Sequence record: PV340856.1
Direction: 5' to 3' (one strand)
Length of the DNA stretch: 64,000 nt
The notes below the pieces were generated by a model that was given only the letters and a program-made list of their open reading frames with translations, was not told where the DNA came from and searched no databases. The translations under genes and the position numbers were made by a program. Of this stretch, positions 36,380 to 45,846 are shown piece by piece. Every line of letters starts with the position of its first letter. Within the stretch, counting starts at the first letter, position 1.

Positions 36380-36503
36380 CGCTCTTCATCAATACTATGT
36401 TGTAGAACAAGGCAAAGAAGTTCCTAACTGGAGATATATAAAGGACGCCGACTGGTGGATTGAGTATCTCAGAAGTTTGGGAATAGATCCGAGGAATCCA
36501 TGA
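36354..36503 (+). CDS. Small hypothetical protein
   Basis: MEIAQTIDDALHQYY..VPNWRYIKDADWWIEYL; GAGGAG upstream. Confidence 0.6.
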   Translation: MEIAQTIDDALHQYYVVEQGKEVPNWRYIKDADWWIEYLRSLGIDPRNP

Positions 36504-36691
36504 ATCAGGAACCAGATTATAAAATAGATATGTCTATTGAGGACATACGTCTTTTATACCATTGTGTTCAAGAAACTATTAGGACTTGGCCTGGTTCTCC
36601 TGCTAGACCAGCTGAAGAACAAGAACACTTGTGGTTTCTTAGAGATTGGCTTTTTAGAATAATATTGGAATATAAATTTGATAACTTATGA
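36500..36691 (+). CDS. Small hypothetical protein
   Basis: ATGA overlap; WPGSPARPAEEQEHL. Confidence 0.7.
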   Translation: MNQEPDYKIDMSIEDIRLLYHCVQETIRTWPGSPARPAEEQEHLWFLRDWLFRIILEYKFDNL

Positions 36692-36855
36692 ATTTATTAC
36701 TTCGTCCGTTAGAAGATGTTAATGATGTAACTTGGAGTATCATCATATCCCTCGTAATTCTTTTAGTTGGTGTTACTTATTACATATATACCATTATGAG
36801 TTTGGCATTTAAGGAACTTGAAGATGTCAATAACACTTCCAAATCGGAGGAATAG
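36688..36855 (+). CDS. Small single-TM protein (55 aa, absent from track)
   Basis: MNLLLRPLEDVNDVTWSIIISLVILLVGVTYYIYTIMSLAFKELED..; start overlaps upstream stop. Confidence 0.65.
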   Translation: MNLLLRPLEDVNDVTWSIIISLVILLVGVTYYIYTIMSLAFKELEDVNNTSKSEE

Positions 36856-36863
36856 ATTTTTAA

Positions 36864-36968
36864 ATGGATGAGAGAAGGCTTTGGTATAGAAGAATGAAAG
36901 TGTTGATGAGGAAAATCAGTAAACTTCAATTAAAAAAATCTATAGATAATAATTTGGATACTAAATAA
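36864..36968 (+). CDS. Possible 34-aa basic peptide
   Basis: MDERRLWYRRMKVLMRKISKLQLKKSIDNNLDTK*; fills the intergenic gap. Confidence 0.35.
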   Translation: MDERRLWYRRMKVLMRKISKLQLKKSIDNNLDTK

Positions 36969-36990
36969 GGCTGCCCCCTGAACTGATGTC

Positions 36991-37203
36991 ATGTTAGCCT
37001 TTCTATTACCACTAGCATCTAAAATTATTTCTGATGCTGTATCCAAGATCCCTGAAAATGAAGCTCTGGGAGAAAAGTTAGTTGAAATTTGCCTACTTAT
37101 TCTATCCAAAGCTGTTAAACTTACCAAGACCGATATGGATGATAAACTTCTAGAAGTTGTCACCAAAGCAATCGCTGCAAGAGAAGAATCTCCTGCGGAG
37201 TGA
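36991..37203 (+). CDS. Small late hypothetical protein
   Basis: CTAAATA at 36961; LTKTDMDDKL. Confidence 0.7.
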   Translation: MLAFLLPLASKIISDAVSKIPENEALGEKLVEICLLILSKAVKLTKTDMDDKLLEVVTKAIAAREESPAE

Positions 37204-37227
37204 TTTATCATATTCACTAAGTTTTTG

Positions 37228-37255
37228 GAGACCTCTGAACGGGGTCTCTTTTTTT
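37228..37255 (+). terminator. Intrinsic terminator
   Basis: GAGACC..GGTCTC followed by T7. Confidence 0.75.
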
Positions 37256-37262
37256 ATAAATA
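37255..37262 (+). promoter_or_regulatory. T4-type late promoter
   Basis: Exact TATAAATA. Related ATAAATA/CTAAATA boxes at 25356, 26102, 27414, 36961, 43425, 52757, 55396, 61157 (+) and 46381, 47670, 52743 (-). Confidence 0.8.
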
Positions 37263-37298
37263 AATCTAGGTCATAGTTAACAATTGGAGTACAAGCCC

Positions 37299-37796
37299 AT
37301 GTCTCTTTGGGGAAATAAAGATACTGTATACGCGACTGGTAACATTACCACGATCACCGATCAGGGTGTTGTTATTGGATCTGGCACTACATTCACCGAC
37401 TCTGGTCTTGTTGAAGCTGGTCAAGTGATTTCCATGGGTGCTTATGGCAGTGGGGTCATTAAAGCGGTTCATTCAAATACTCAACTTACCCTTGACAGCC
37501 CTGCTGGATTGTCTGGTGTTTCTACAAGTGGAATCACACAATCTTTCAATATCAGTGAGTCTCCTAAGTTTCTGGTTAAGGACAGCAACTGGGAAGGCAG
37601 TGAAATTTATGGTGCAGATCCAACGGAAGTTGGTGTTGCAAGAACTACCATTTATTCTGTAGATCACGCTGGTTGGGTTGGTATCACCACATATACAGAT
37701 ACACACGGAAACACAAGAACCAAGACGGAAGTCTTTGTTGCAAGTTCTTCGATGCAACATGATGCTGCTGACGATTCTGTCCTCGCAGATAGTTGA
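37299..37796 (+). CDS. Probable virion structural protein
   Basis: MSLWGNKD..HAGWVGITTYTDTHGNTRTKTEV; late promoter upstream. Confidence 0.65.
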   Translation: MSLWGNKDTVYATGNITTITDQGVVIGSGTTFTDSGLVEAGQVISMGAYGSGVIKAVHSNTQLTLDSPAGLSGVSTSGITQSFNISESPKFLVKDSNWEGSEIYGADPTEVGVARTTIYSVDHAGWVGITTYTDTHGNTRTKTEVFVASSSMQHDAADDSVLADS

Positions 37797-37823
37797 TATA
37801 TATTAAGGTTGATTTAATTGTTC

Positions 37824-38195
37824 ATGAAATTTACTGAGTTGAATGAAAATAATTATGTGATATTTGCAATTAAAAATTATGAGAATCCACATGCTGTAAC
37901 CAAAGAAGATTTTGAAGAAGATCTTAAACGGTTCAAATGGATTAAACGATTGCTCAAACGATATAAAACAACAGGAGTGTTAAAGGCACATCTGTTGATT
38001 AATCATTTTATCATTTTGTATAATGTTTTTGGTGAAGCAGCAACTCCTTTGCTATTTTATAAAATTGATAGTCAGTTATGGCCTGTGGTGAAAACGTTTA
38101 TCGTTTATTTGGGTAAATTTCCAGAATATCCAAAATCACATTTACATGATGTTCCTTTAGATGATACTTGTTTAGATTGTCTGAAACAATTATGA
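37824..38195 (+). CDS. Conserved T4-like phage hypothetical protein
   Basis: FEEDLKRFKWIKRLL..HLLINHFIILYNVFG. Confidence 0.75.
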   Translation: MKFTELNENNYVIFAIKNYENPHAVTKEDFEEDLKRFKWIKRLLKRYKTTGVLKAHLLINHFIILYNVFGEAATPLLFYKIDSQLWPVVKTFIVYLGKFPEYPKSHLHDVPLDDTCLDCLKQL

Positions 38196-38368
38196 ATGAA
38201 CATAGAGCACTCACAAACATGCGAAAAGTTGTGAGAGAAATGATGTCCGCTGGTACAGGTGGATTCACAAGTGCTGCAGATGAAAAGGGTCCCGTAGCGG
38301 GATTTGATCCTGTAATGTCTAAACCTTTGAAGAGGAAACTCAAAAAAGTAAAAGATATCAAAAAGTAA
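38192..38368 (+). CDS. Small hypothetical protein
   Basis: AGTGGFT..GPVAGFDPVM. Confidence 0.6.
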   Translation: MNEHRALTNMRKVVREMMSAGTGGFTSAADEKGPVAGFDPVMSKPLKRKLKKVKDIKK

Positions 38369-38369
38369 A

Positions 38370-38807
38370 ATGGCATTCGGTCTTGGTAAAATAGCGGTCC
38401 TTGAAAGCAAACTCGATATTTATGAAGACCTATCAAAAGAGATGCTCGACAAGCTTGAAAAGGCAGTCGGGACTATCTCAGAAAACAGTAATAAGATTGC
38501 TGTGATTTTAGAGCGCCACGAAAACAGACTTGATGAAAGCGAGAGGGCAGATAAATTGATTATCGGTATGTTGGAAGAGATGAAAGCAAGGCACGAAAAG
38601 GATAATGAAACTATCCATCAGAGAGTGTCTGCTCTTCAAAAGAAAGTAGAGACCAATGCTAAGTTTGTGATTGGTGCTGGTGCTGTTCTTGCTACCATTG
38701 TGGCAATCCTACAAGTGGTCCCACCCGTCATAAAAGTCTTGACACCTTCAATATCTACAAGTATGATAGGGAGACAGGTATCCCTAGTTCATGATCTTCG
38801 TAGATGA
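38370..38807 (+). CDS. Coiled-coil protein with C-terminal TM
   Basis: IAVLESKLDIYEDLSKEML..FVIGAGAVLATIV. Confidence 0.7.
   Translation: MAFGLGKIAVLESKLDIYEDLSKEMLDKLEKAVGTISENSNKIAVILERHENRLDESERADKLIIGMLEEMKARHEKDNETIHQRVSALQKKVETNAKFVIGAGAVLATIVAILQVVPPVIKVLTPSISTSMIGRQVSLVHDLRR
38739..38767 (+). promoter_or_regulatory. Sigma70-type promoter for primase-nrdAB, inside upstream CDS
   Basis: TTGACA-N17-TATGAT, 24 nt before primase ATG. Confidence 0.75.
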
Positions 38808-39786
38808 CAAATATATCGGGATGATTTCATCTCGACTTACTAAATTTGCCAAAAAGAAGAACGGATTATATAACTTCAGATGCCCTTACTGTGGGGATTC
38901 TCAGAAACACAAGAATAAAGCCAGAGGGTATCTTTACATTGTAAAGAACGATTATAACTTCAAGTGTCACAATTGTGGTACTACGAGAACTCTTGCCAAC
39001 TTTTTGAAAGATCATGATTCAATCATTCATGATCAGTACATCATGGAGAGGTACAAACGTGGTGCCACGGGGAAAAGATCCAATACGGCTGCACCCAAAT
39101 TCAAGTTTGAGAAGCCTGTTTTCAAGAAGAAACAAGAGCTAAATCTCAACAAAGTCGTAAACCTAAATAAAGAACATCCCGCTCGAACCTACCTAGAAGA
39201 GAATAGACAACTTCCCAGTCAGGCACTGGAAGATATGTACTATGTCGATAATTTTAAAGAGTGGACTAATACCCAAAAACAGACGTTTGATAGTGTAACA
39301 AATGACGAACCACGCATTATCATACCCCTTAGGTATAATGGAAAGATAATTGGATATCAGGGAAGAGCTCTTCTTCCAAAATCGAAGATCAAGTACATAA
39401 CGATCATGCTGGAGGAGGATGCTCCGAAGGTTTTTGGTCTTGACAAAATCAAAATTGAGGATCCAGTATATGTCGTCGAAGGACCCATCGACAGTTATTT
39501 CCTTGGAAATGCTATCGCTATGTGTGGTAGCGATGTTGACTTGCGCTCTCTTAATTATCAATTCGTATTCGTCTACGACAACGAACCAAGAAACAAGGAG
39601 ATTGTTGAGAAGATTGCAAGAGCCACCGAGCAAGGTTATAAGGTAGTTATTTTCCCAAAGGAGGTTGTTGAGAAAGATTTAAATGACATGTATCTATCTG
39701 GACTAGATGTCCAAAATCTGGTAGAATCTAATATCTACCAAGGTTTAGAAGCCAAACTAAAATTACAGACCTGGAAACGAGTATGA
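38791..39786 (+). CDS. gp61: DNA primase gp61
   Basis: CPYCGDS..CHNC zinc finger, VEGPIDS TOPRIM, YDNEPRN, KDLND. Confidence 0.95.
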   Translation: MIFVDDKYIGMISSRLTKFAKKKNGLYNFRCPYCGDSQKHKNKARGYLYIVKNDYNFKCHNCGTTRTLANFLKDHDSIIHDQYIMERYKRGATGKRSNTAAPKFKFEKPVFKKKQELNLNKVVNLNKEHPARTYLEENRQLPSQALEDMYYVDNFKEWTNTQKQTFDSVTNDEPRIIIPLRYNGKIIGYQGRALLPKSKIKYITIMLEEDAPKVFGLDKIKIEDPVYVVEGPIDSYFLGNAIAMCGSDVDLRSLNYQFVFVYDNEPRNKEIVEKIARATEQGYKVVIFPKEVVEKDLNDMYLSGLDVQNLVESNIYQGLEAKLKLQTWKRV

Positions 39787-42083
39787 GCAATGGTATTAAG
39801 GTAGTTAAGAGAAGTGGGAATATTGAGTCTCTTAACTTGGAAAAACTTCACAAGATGGTAGATGCTGCTTGTGATGGTCTTGCGGGAGTGTCTGCAAGTC
39901 AAGTAGAAATTAATTCTGGAATTCAGTTTTATGATGGCATCACTACTGCTGAGATTCAAGAGATTCTTATTCGTAGTGCTAGTGACCTCATTGATCTTGA
40001 TCATCCAAACTATCAGTTTGTAGCTGCTAGACTTCTTTTATTTGCACTGAGGAAGAGTTTGTATGGGGGAATGAGGGATCATCCTCCCCTTCACGAACAA
40101 ATCCATAATGGTGTTGGAAAGAGAATTTATGATAAAGAAATTCTTGATAACTATACCGACGAAGAAATTGAAAAGGTAAATAGTTTTATCGACCATGAAC
40201 GTGATTTTCTTTTCACGTATGCTGGTCTTCGTCAGGTAATTGACAAGTATCTCGTACAGGATCGTAGTACAGGTCAGGTGTATGAGACTCCTCAGTTCAT
40301 GTATGCATTGATTGCCATGACGATCTTTGCCAAGTATCCTCAGGAAAACCGACTCGATTATGTTAGAAGATACTACAACTCAATCAGCAAACACAAAATC
40401 AACATTCCCACACCTATCATGGCGGGAGTGCGAACTCCACTTCGACAATTTGCTAGCTGTGTTCTTGTTGATGTTGATGACACCCTCGATAGCATCTTTA
40501 GTTCTGATATGGCAATTGGCAAATACGTTGCACAAAGGGCGGGAATCGGTATCAACGCAGGTAGAATCCGCGGCATCAACGCTAAGATCCGAGACGGAGA
40601 GGTTCAACACACAGGTGTGGTCCCCTTCCTCAAAAAGTTTGAGTCAACTGTCAGATGCTGTACACAAAACGGGATCCGAGGTGGGTCAGCGACTGTCCAC
40701 TTTCCTATCTGGCATCAAGAAATCGAAGACATCATTGTCCTAAAGAATAATAAGGGAACAGAAGATAATCGTGTTCGTAAACTAGATTATTCTATTCAAA
40801 TTTCCAAGTTGTTCTATGAACGTTTTATCCAAGATGGACAAATTTCTCTCTTCAGTCCTCACAACGTTCCTGGTCTGTATGATGCTTTCGGCACTGATCG
40901 ATTTGATGATCTATATGTGGGTTACGAACAAGATCTCCGAGTTCCAAGAAAGACGGTTAAGGCTCAGGAGTTAATTCTCGATATCCTTAAAGAACGTGCT
41001 GAGACTGGTCGTCTTTATATCATGAACATCGACCATTGTAATAGTCACTCCTCCTTTATTGATAAGATTAACATGAGTAATCTCTGTCAGGAGATCACTC
41101 TTCCAACTGATCCTATTCAACACATTGATGATATTTCTGGAGAAATTGCTCTCTGTATTCTCTCCGCAATTAATATTGGTAAACTTCGCAATACGGAAGA
41201 ATTGGAGGAACTGTGTGATCTTTCTGTTCGCTCTCTTGACGAGTTGATCGACTATCAGCAGTATCCAGTTAAGGCTGCAGAACTTGCCACAATGGGTCGT
41301 AGATCTCTTGGAATAGGTTATATCGGTCTTGCACATTATCTCGCTAAGAACGGCTGGAGATACGACTCACAGGACGCTTGGGATGCGGTTCACAAACTCA
41401 CGGAGAGTTTCCAATATTATCTACTGAAGGCATCTAATCAACTCTCTAGAGAGAAGGGTGCTTGTGTTGATTTCCCAAGAACAAAATATTATGAGGGTTT
41501 ACTCCCTATTGATACATATAAAACTGATGTAGATGAAATTACTACCCAGGAGCTCCAACATGATTGGGAATCTCTTAGATCATCTATCACCACGCACGGA
41601 TTACGGCACTCAACACTGTCTGCTCAGATGCCATCGGAGAGCAGTTCCGTTGTGTCAAACGCAACAAATGGAATCGAGCCACCTAGAGGGTATCTGTCCG
41701 TTAAGAAGAGCAAGAAGGGACCGCTTAAACAGATTGTCCCGCAATACCAAACTCTTAAAAATAATTACAGTCTTCTGTGGGATATGCCTGACAATAGTGG
41801 GTATATCAATATTGTTGCTGTGATGCAGAAATTCTTTGACCAGGCAATTTCTGGTAACTGGAGTTACAATCCAGAAAATTATCCCAATAATGAAGTCCCC
41901 GTTTCTGTTATGGCAAATGATCTATTAACTACATATAAGTACGGGTGGAAGACTTCATATTATCAAAATACTTATGATAATAAGACCGATGAGGTCTCAG
42001 ACGAAAAACAAAATAAACTTAACGAATTGATTCAAGAATTAAGTTCAGCAGAGGAGGAAGCTTGTGACAGCTGTGCAGTTTAA
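39783..42083 (+). CDS. nrdA: Class Ia ribonucleotide reductase alpha subunit
   Basis: N-terminal ATP cone, FASCV, SNLCQEI, QMPSESSS, CDSC C-terminus. Confidence 0.97.
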   Translation: MSNGIKVVKRSGNIESLNLEKLHKMVDAACDGLAGVSASQVEINSGIQFYDGITTAEIQEILIRSASDLIDLDHPNYQFVAARLLLFALRKSLYGGMRDHPPLHEQIHNGVGKRIYDKEILDNYTDEEIEKVNSFIDHERDFLFTYAGLRQVIDKYLVQDRSTGQVYETPQFMYALIAMTIFAKYPQENRLDYVRRYYNSISKHKINIPTPIMAGVRTPLRQFASCVLVDVDDTLDSIFSSDMAIGKYVAQRAGIGINAGRIRGINAKIRDGEVQHTGVVPFLKKFESTVRCCTQNGIRGGSATVHFPIWHQEIEDIIVLKNNKGTEDNRVRKLDYSIQISKLFYERFIQDGQISLFSPHNVPGLYDAFGTDRFDDLYVGYEQDLRVPRKTVKAQELILDILKERAETGRLYIMNIDHCNSHSSFIDKINMSNLCQEITLPTDPIQHIDDISGEIALCILSAINIGKLRNTEELEELCDLSVRSLDELIDYQQYPVKAAELATMGRRSLGIGYIGLAHYLAKNGWRYDSQDAWDAVHKLTESFQYYLLKASNQLSREKGACVDFPRTKYYEGLLPIDTYKTDVDEITTQELQHDWESLRSSITTHGLRHSTLSAQMPSESSSVVSNATNGIEPPRGYLSVKKSKKGPLKQIVPQYQTLKNNYSLLWDMPDNSGYINIVAVMQKFFDQAISGNWSYNPENYPNNEVPVSVMANDLLTTYKYGWKTSYYQNTYDNKTDEVSDEKQNKLNELIQELSSAEEEACDSCAV

Positions 42084-43242
42084 ACTCACCCAGAAAGATA
42101 GTATTCAAGGTATGACGGTCTTTAATACCGAACAAGTAGATACTAAAAAACAACCAATGTTTTTCGGACAACCCTTAGGAATCCAGAGATACGATTCATA
42201 CAAATACCCAGTATTCGATAAACTTACAACACAACAACTAGGATACTTCTGGAGACCAGAAGAAGTTTCGCTGCAGAAAGACCGTGGGGATTATCAAACA
42301 CTTCGCCCAGAACAAAAGCATATCTATACCTCTAATCTCAAGTACCAGATTATGCTTGACTCCATTCAAGGGCGTGGTCCTGGGATGGCTTTTATTCCTT
42401 ACTGCAGCTTACCTGAGTTAGAGGCATGTATGGAGGTCTGGGGATTCATGGAAATGATCCACAGTCGATCCTACACCTACATCATCAAGAACGTCTATCC
42501 AGATCCTTCCGATGTATTTGATAAGATCGTGACCGATGAACGCATCCTAGAACGTGCCTCAAGTGTTACAGAGGGATATAATGATTTCATTCAAAGTGCT
42601 CATCATTATGATGCTACTAATGATTGGAAACATGCTTTGGAAGACGTTCCCTATGCATTAGAAGGCAAGTATGAACTCAAACGAAAACTCTATAGAGCAA
42701 TTGCAAATGTTAACGTTCTTGAGGGTATTCGATTCTATGTTAGTTTTGCTTGTAGTTTTGCCTTTGGTGAACTCAAACTTATGGAGGGATCCGCTAAAAT
42801 CATTTCCCTCATTGCAAGAGATGAGAATCAACACTTGGCAATCACTCAGAATATTCTGAACAAGTGGAATCAAGGTGATGATCCTGAAATGAAACAGATC
42901 ATGAAGGAAGAGGAAGAGTGGACGTATAAAATGTTTGATAATGCCGTTAGTGAGGAAAAGCGTTGGGCTGAGTATCTTTTCAAGGATGGATCTATGATTG
43001 GTTTAAATGACAAACTACTTCAGAAGTATGTTGAGTGGGTTGCTAATCGTCGTCTAAAGGCAATTGGTCTTAAACCAGTTTATGATGTTGCTGCTAAGAA
43101 CAATCCTTTGCCCTGGACACAACACTGGATCTCTTCTAAGGGTCTTCAAGTCGCTCCTCAGGAGACAGAAGTGGAGTCTTATATTGTTGGTGGTATCAAA
43201 CAAGACATGAAGAAAAATGCTTTTGCTGGATTCCAACTATGA
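42064..43242 (+). CDS. nrdB: Class Ia ribonucleotide reductase beta subunit
   Basis: FWRPEE, MEMIHSRSY, EGIRFY, RDENQH, APQETE. Confidence 0.97.
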   Translation: MTAVQFKLTQKDSIQGMTVFNTEQVDTKKQPMFFGQPLGIQRYDSYKYPVFDKLTTQQLGYFWRPEEVSLQKDRGDYQTLRPEQKHIYTSNLKYQIMLDSIQGRGPGMAFIPYCSLPELEACMEVWGFMEMIHSRSYTYIIKNVYPDPSDVFDKIVTDERILERASSVTEGYNDFIQSAHHYDATNDWKHALEDVPYALEGKYELKRKLYRAIANVNVLEGIRFYVSFACSFAFGELKLMEGSAKIISLIARDENQHLAITQNILNKWNQGDDPEMKQIMKEEEEWTYKMFDNAVSEEKRWAEYLFKDGSMIGLNDKLLQKYVEWVANRRLKAIGLKPVYDVAAKNNPLPWTQHWISSKGLQVAPQETEVESYIVGGIKQDMKKNAFAGFQL

Positions 43243-43388
43243 CAGAAATACCTGAGTGGAAGAAGAGGGCCCTACAGGATCCAAGTCTTCCACAAAGACA
43301 ATTAGAAGTCTTAATGAAAGGACCCAAGTCTCTCACTGATGCTTGGTTCCTTCAAGCAATGAGATTTAAGTACGGCAGGGACAGCTGA
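43239..43388 (+). CDS. Small hypothetical protein (49 aa, absent from track)
   Basis: MTEIPEWKKRALQDPSL..GPKSLTDAWFLQAMRFKY; ATGA overlap with nrdB. Confidence 0.65.
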   Translation: MTEIPEWKKRALQDPSLPQRQLEVLMKGPKSLTDAWFLQAMRFKYGRDS

Positions 43389-43452
43389 TAATTACTGGAC
43401 TCTTATACCCAAGAGGTGTATTTAATAAATAAAACTGCCTTACAACTTTTTC

Positions 43453-43728
43453 ATGGAAACTCCTGGAAAGGATAAACCTAAGAAGGAAAAGTTTGACTGG
43501 GCGGACGAAGGTCTGTCCGCATTGGTGCGTGTTGTTATTCTATCGTGGTCCGCAGCAATTCTTACACTTAATTATGTAACTATTCCTGGGTTACAACAGA
43601 AACAAATCGATCCCACATTTATTGCGAGTGTCTTTACGGGCACGCTAGCCACTTTTGGCGTTCAGGCGACAAAGAAAAAAGATGACGAAGTGAAAAAAGA
43701 GGATTCTAAAGATGCAAAAATTAATTAA
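43453..43728 (+). CDS. Two-TM membrane protein
   Basis: VRVVILSWSAAILTLNY..DPTFIASVFTGTLATFGV. Confidence 0.7.
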   Translation: METPGKDKPKKEKFDWADEGLSALVRVVILSWSAAILTLNYVTIPGLQQKQIDPTFIASVFTGTLATFGVQATKKKDDEVKKEDSKDAKIN

Positions 43729-43948
43729 TGTTGTAGCACTGCTGTCTGGTCTCACCTCTCTTGGTATGGTCAGCGGCGGTGTTTATTTGTATACACAAAA
43801 AGATGTTCTCGTAGAGAACGCTATCAATAAAGTTACTAAAGCTGCTATAGAAGGCGTTAGTAACGCTCTCCCAGGAATGTTAGACTCTGTTATTCCTAAA
43901 CCACCCGAACTTCCTAAACAAACTGGTGGTGTAATTCCTGGTATCTAA
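43712..43948 (+). CDS. Membrane-anchored hypothetical protein
   Basis: MQKLINVVALLSGLTS..GGVYLY. Confidence 0.7.
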   Translation: MQKLINVVALLSGLTSLGMVSGGVYLYTQKDVLVENAINKVTKAAIEGVSNALPGMLDSVIPKPPELPKQTGGVIPGI

Positions 43949-44754
43949 TGGATATTCCTGAAATTAAAGTCAGGGCTCTGGATGTTGGACCTATTGATAT
44001 ATGGGTTGCTCCAGAACCTAGGACTCCTGTCGTCCCTCCAATCTACCCTGTGACCACACAGATCGGTGTGCCCGTTGTGGACATGCCTGGGTGTGTAGAA
44101 GCGCACGAAGTAAACGAAAAAGATAACTTTAAGATCAATGAAGACGATCCTAAAGGAGTCAAGGTGTTCTGTGATGCAGGTGTGCCATCATTTAATCCGA
44201 TGGACTACAATAAGAAAAAATTAAAAATGACTGGTGAACGTCCCATCCCAGAAATGAAAATGGACGGGTCAAAAAAAGAAACAACTGATAACAGTACACC
44301 TCAAACTAAAATACCAAAATCTCCAGAAATACCGCCTGTAATCAGAGAGTGTCCTACTGATGAACAACTATCAAAGGAACCATTAGGGTTTATATTTGAT
44401 GGTGGTAGAAAAATTATTACAGGGTATGAGTTGTCTCCTGCTGGTCAATGTATACGTATCATAGAGAATGTACCTATCATTGAACAAGCCATAAATGGAT
44501 TGCCCCCAGTAGAAGTTGTGGTAACTACTGGAGGCATTGCTGTGGTTGCTACCACATCTGCACTGATTGCTAAACCCTTTGCAGATATTCTTCTTAAGGT
44601 GATTAAACCTACTGTGAAAAAAGTCCTGAAGAAGATTGCTTCTATCAGGGGTAAGAAATTGAAACTCCAGTCCTTAAGGGACCGCCGAGTAGAGCAGCGT
44701 CAGAGGAATGCTGCGATTCGCGCTCTTCGGGTTGGTCCGAAGACGAAGAAGTAG
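43948..44754 (+). CDS. Pro-rich hypothetical protein with C-terminal TM and basic tail
   Basis: DMPGCVEAH..CDAGVPSFNPMDY..LLKVIKPTVKK. Confidence 0.7.
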   Translation: MDIPEIKVRALDVGPIDIWVAPEPRTPVVPPIYPVTTQIGVPVVDMPGCVEAHEVNEKDNFKINEDDPKGVKVFCDAGVPSFNPMDYNKKKLKMTGERPIPEMKMDGSKKETTDNSTPQTKIPKSPEIPPVIRECPTDEQLSKEPLGFIFDGGRKIITGYELSPAGQCIRIIENVPIIEQAINGLPPVEVVVTTGGIAVVATTSALIAKPFADILLKVIKPTVKKVLKKIASIRGKKLKLQSLRDRRVEQRQRNAAIRALRVGPKTKK

Positions 44755-45424
44755 ATGGGATCGTATGTCTGTGTGGTGCAATATCATTCTTATTCATTAC
44801 TACCACATCAGCACATACTTTATAGTAACGACTCTTGGGGTGGAACATGATTCCCTTCTGCATTAATTCGCCACAATTTTTGAGTCTAGCGATCTCAAAA
44901 TCTAACCGTTTATTGGCAGTAATTTGTTGTTGTAATTCGATTTGTGTTGTAGCAGCTTTCTTACACAGGTCTTGCAACTTTTTATCAGTTGGTGTACTCC
45001 ATGTCATAGAGAAACCAACACCTAGACTGTAGTTATCTTTTTGACCAGTTCTGGTTTTCTTTCTGAAAAGAATGTTTCCTGGGTTGTCTAAAACACCATC
45101 TCCTATTGGATTGCCATCTGCATCGAAAGCACCGAAATTATCGGTAATATCATATACGGGGTCCATGTAATGGGGCTCATATGGTTTAGAAGCAGAAGCA
45201 GTTCCTGTTACATATGGAGTAAAATTACGAGTGGGTCCTTGACATTGGATCCCTCCTCCGTAAGTATTAGTAATATATGGTCCTTGCAAAACCTGCACAG
45301 CTTGATTGGTCACCGAGCCAGAGCTATTTGCGATTGGACTTGCTGTTGCACTTACACCCCCTACAGTCTCCGCCAGAGTGGCAGGGACAGTCGCAATTGA
45401 TGTTAGACATAGAGTTACTGGGAG
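44645..45424 (-). CDS. Secreted hypothetical protein (start uncertain)
   Basis: Signal-like LLPVTLCLTSIATVPATLA then ETVGGVSATASP..CQGPT..RLKNCGEL; 5' part of the track ORF overlaps the upstream gene. Confidence 0.6.
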   Translation of the reverse strand, partial: LPVTLCLTSIATVPATLAETVGGVSATASPIANSSGSVTNQAVQVLQGPYITNTYGGGIQCQGPTRNFTPYVTGTASASKPYEPHYMDPVYDITDNFGAFDADGNPIGDGVLDNPGNILFRKKTRTGQKDNYSLGVGFSMTWSTPTDKKLQDLCKKAATTQIELQQQITANKRLDFEIARLKNCGELMQKGIMFHPKSRYYKVCADVVVMNKNDIAPHRHTIPSTSSSSDQPEERESQHSSDAALLGGPLRTGVSISYP

Positions 45425-45834
45425 AAGATACTTGTGGTGTCTGTTACGCTTGTAACCTCGGTCGTTCTTTGGATAATCGTATGATTTTGCAAACCAGGGC
45501 CTGAGTAAGTTTCTGTGAACTGAAACGCTGCTCCTGGTGTCGTCTGTGTGAATGTTGGTTTGTTGTTGACGCCTGTCCATGTCGAACTCACTCCATTAAT
45601 AGTTACATTATTTGTTCCTGTCCCTGGTGATAAGTTACCAGATGCATTCACTCCACTTCCTGTAGCAGAGTATTGATACCCTGTGCTATAGTCCATCGAA
45701 TTGATGGTTTCTGTGATCTTTTGTGTCGTCTCTGTGTGGCTAGTCATGGAGCCCTGTGTGAAGTTCGGGACCACGGGGACCGCTTGCACTGCAGGCGATC
45801 CTAACAATAACGCCACGAAAAGTAGTCTTTTCAT
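45415..45834 (-). CDS. Secreted Thr-rich protein
   Basis: Signal peptide MKRLLFVALLLGSPAVQA; VPVVPNFTQGS. Confidence 0.7.
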   Translation of the reverse strand: MKRLLFVALLLGSPAVQAVPVVPNFTQGSMTSHTETTQKITETINSMDYSTGYQYSATGSGVNASGNLSPGTGTNNVTINGVSSTWTGVNNKPTFTQTTPGAAFQFTETYSGPGLQNHTIIQRTTEVTSVTDTTSIFSQ

Positions 45835-45846
45835 GACTATTTAACC

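Noticed and set aside
45425-45580. N-terminal part of the 311-aa track ORF
   Set aside because: Overlaps the upstream secreted gene; a signal-peptide-like segment indicates a start near 45420
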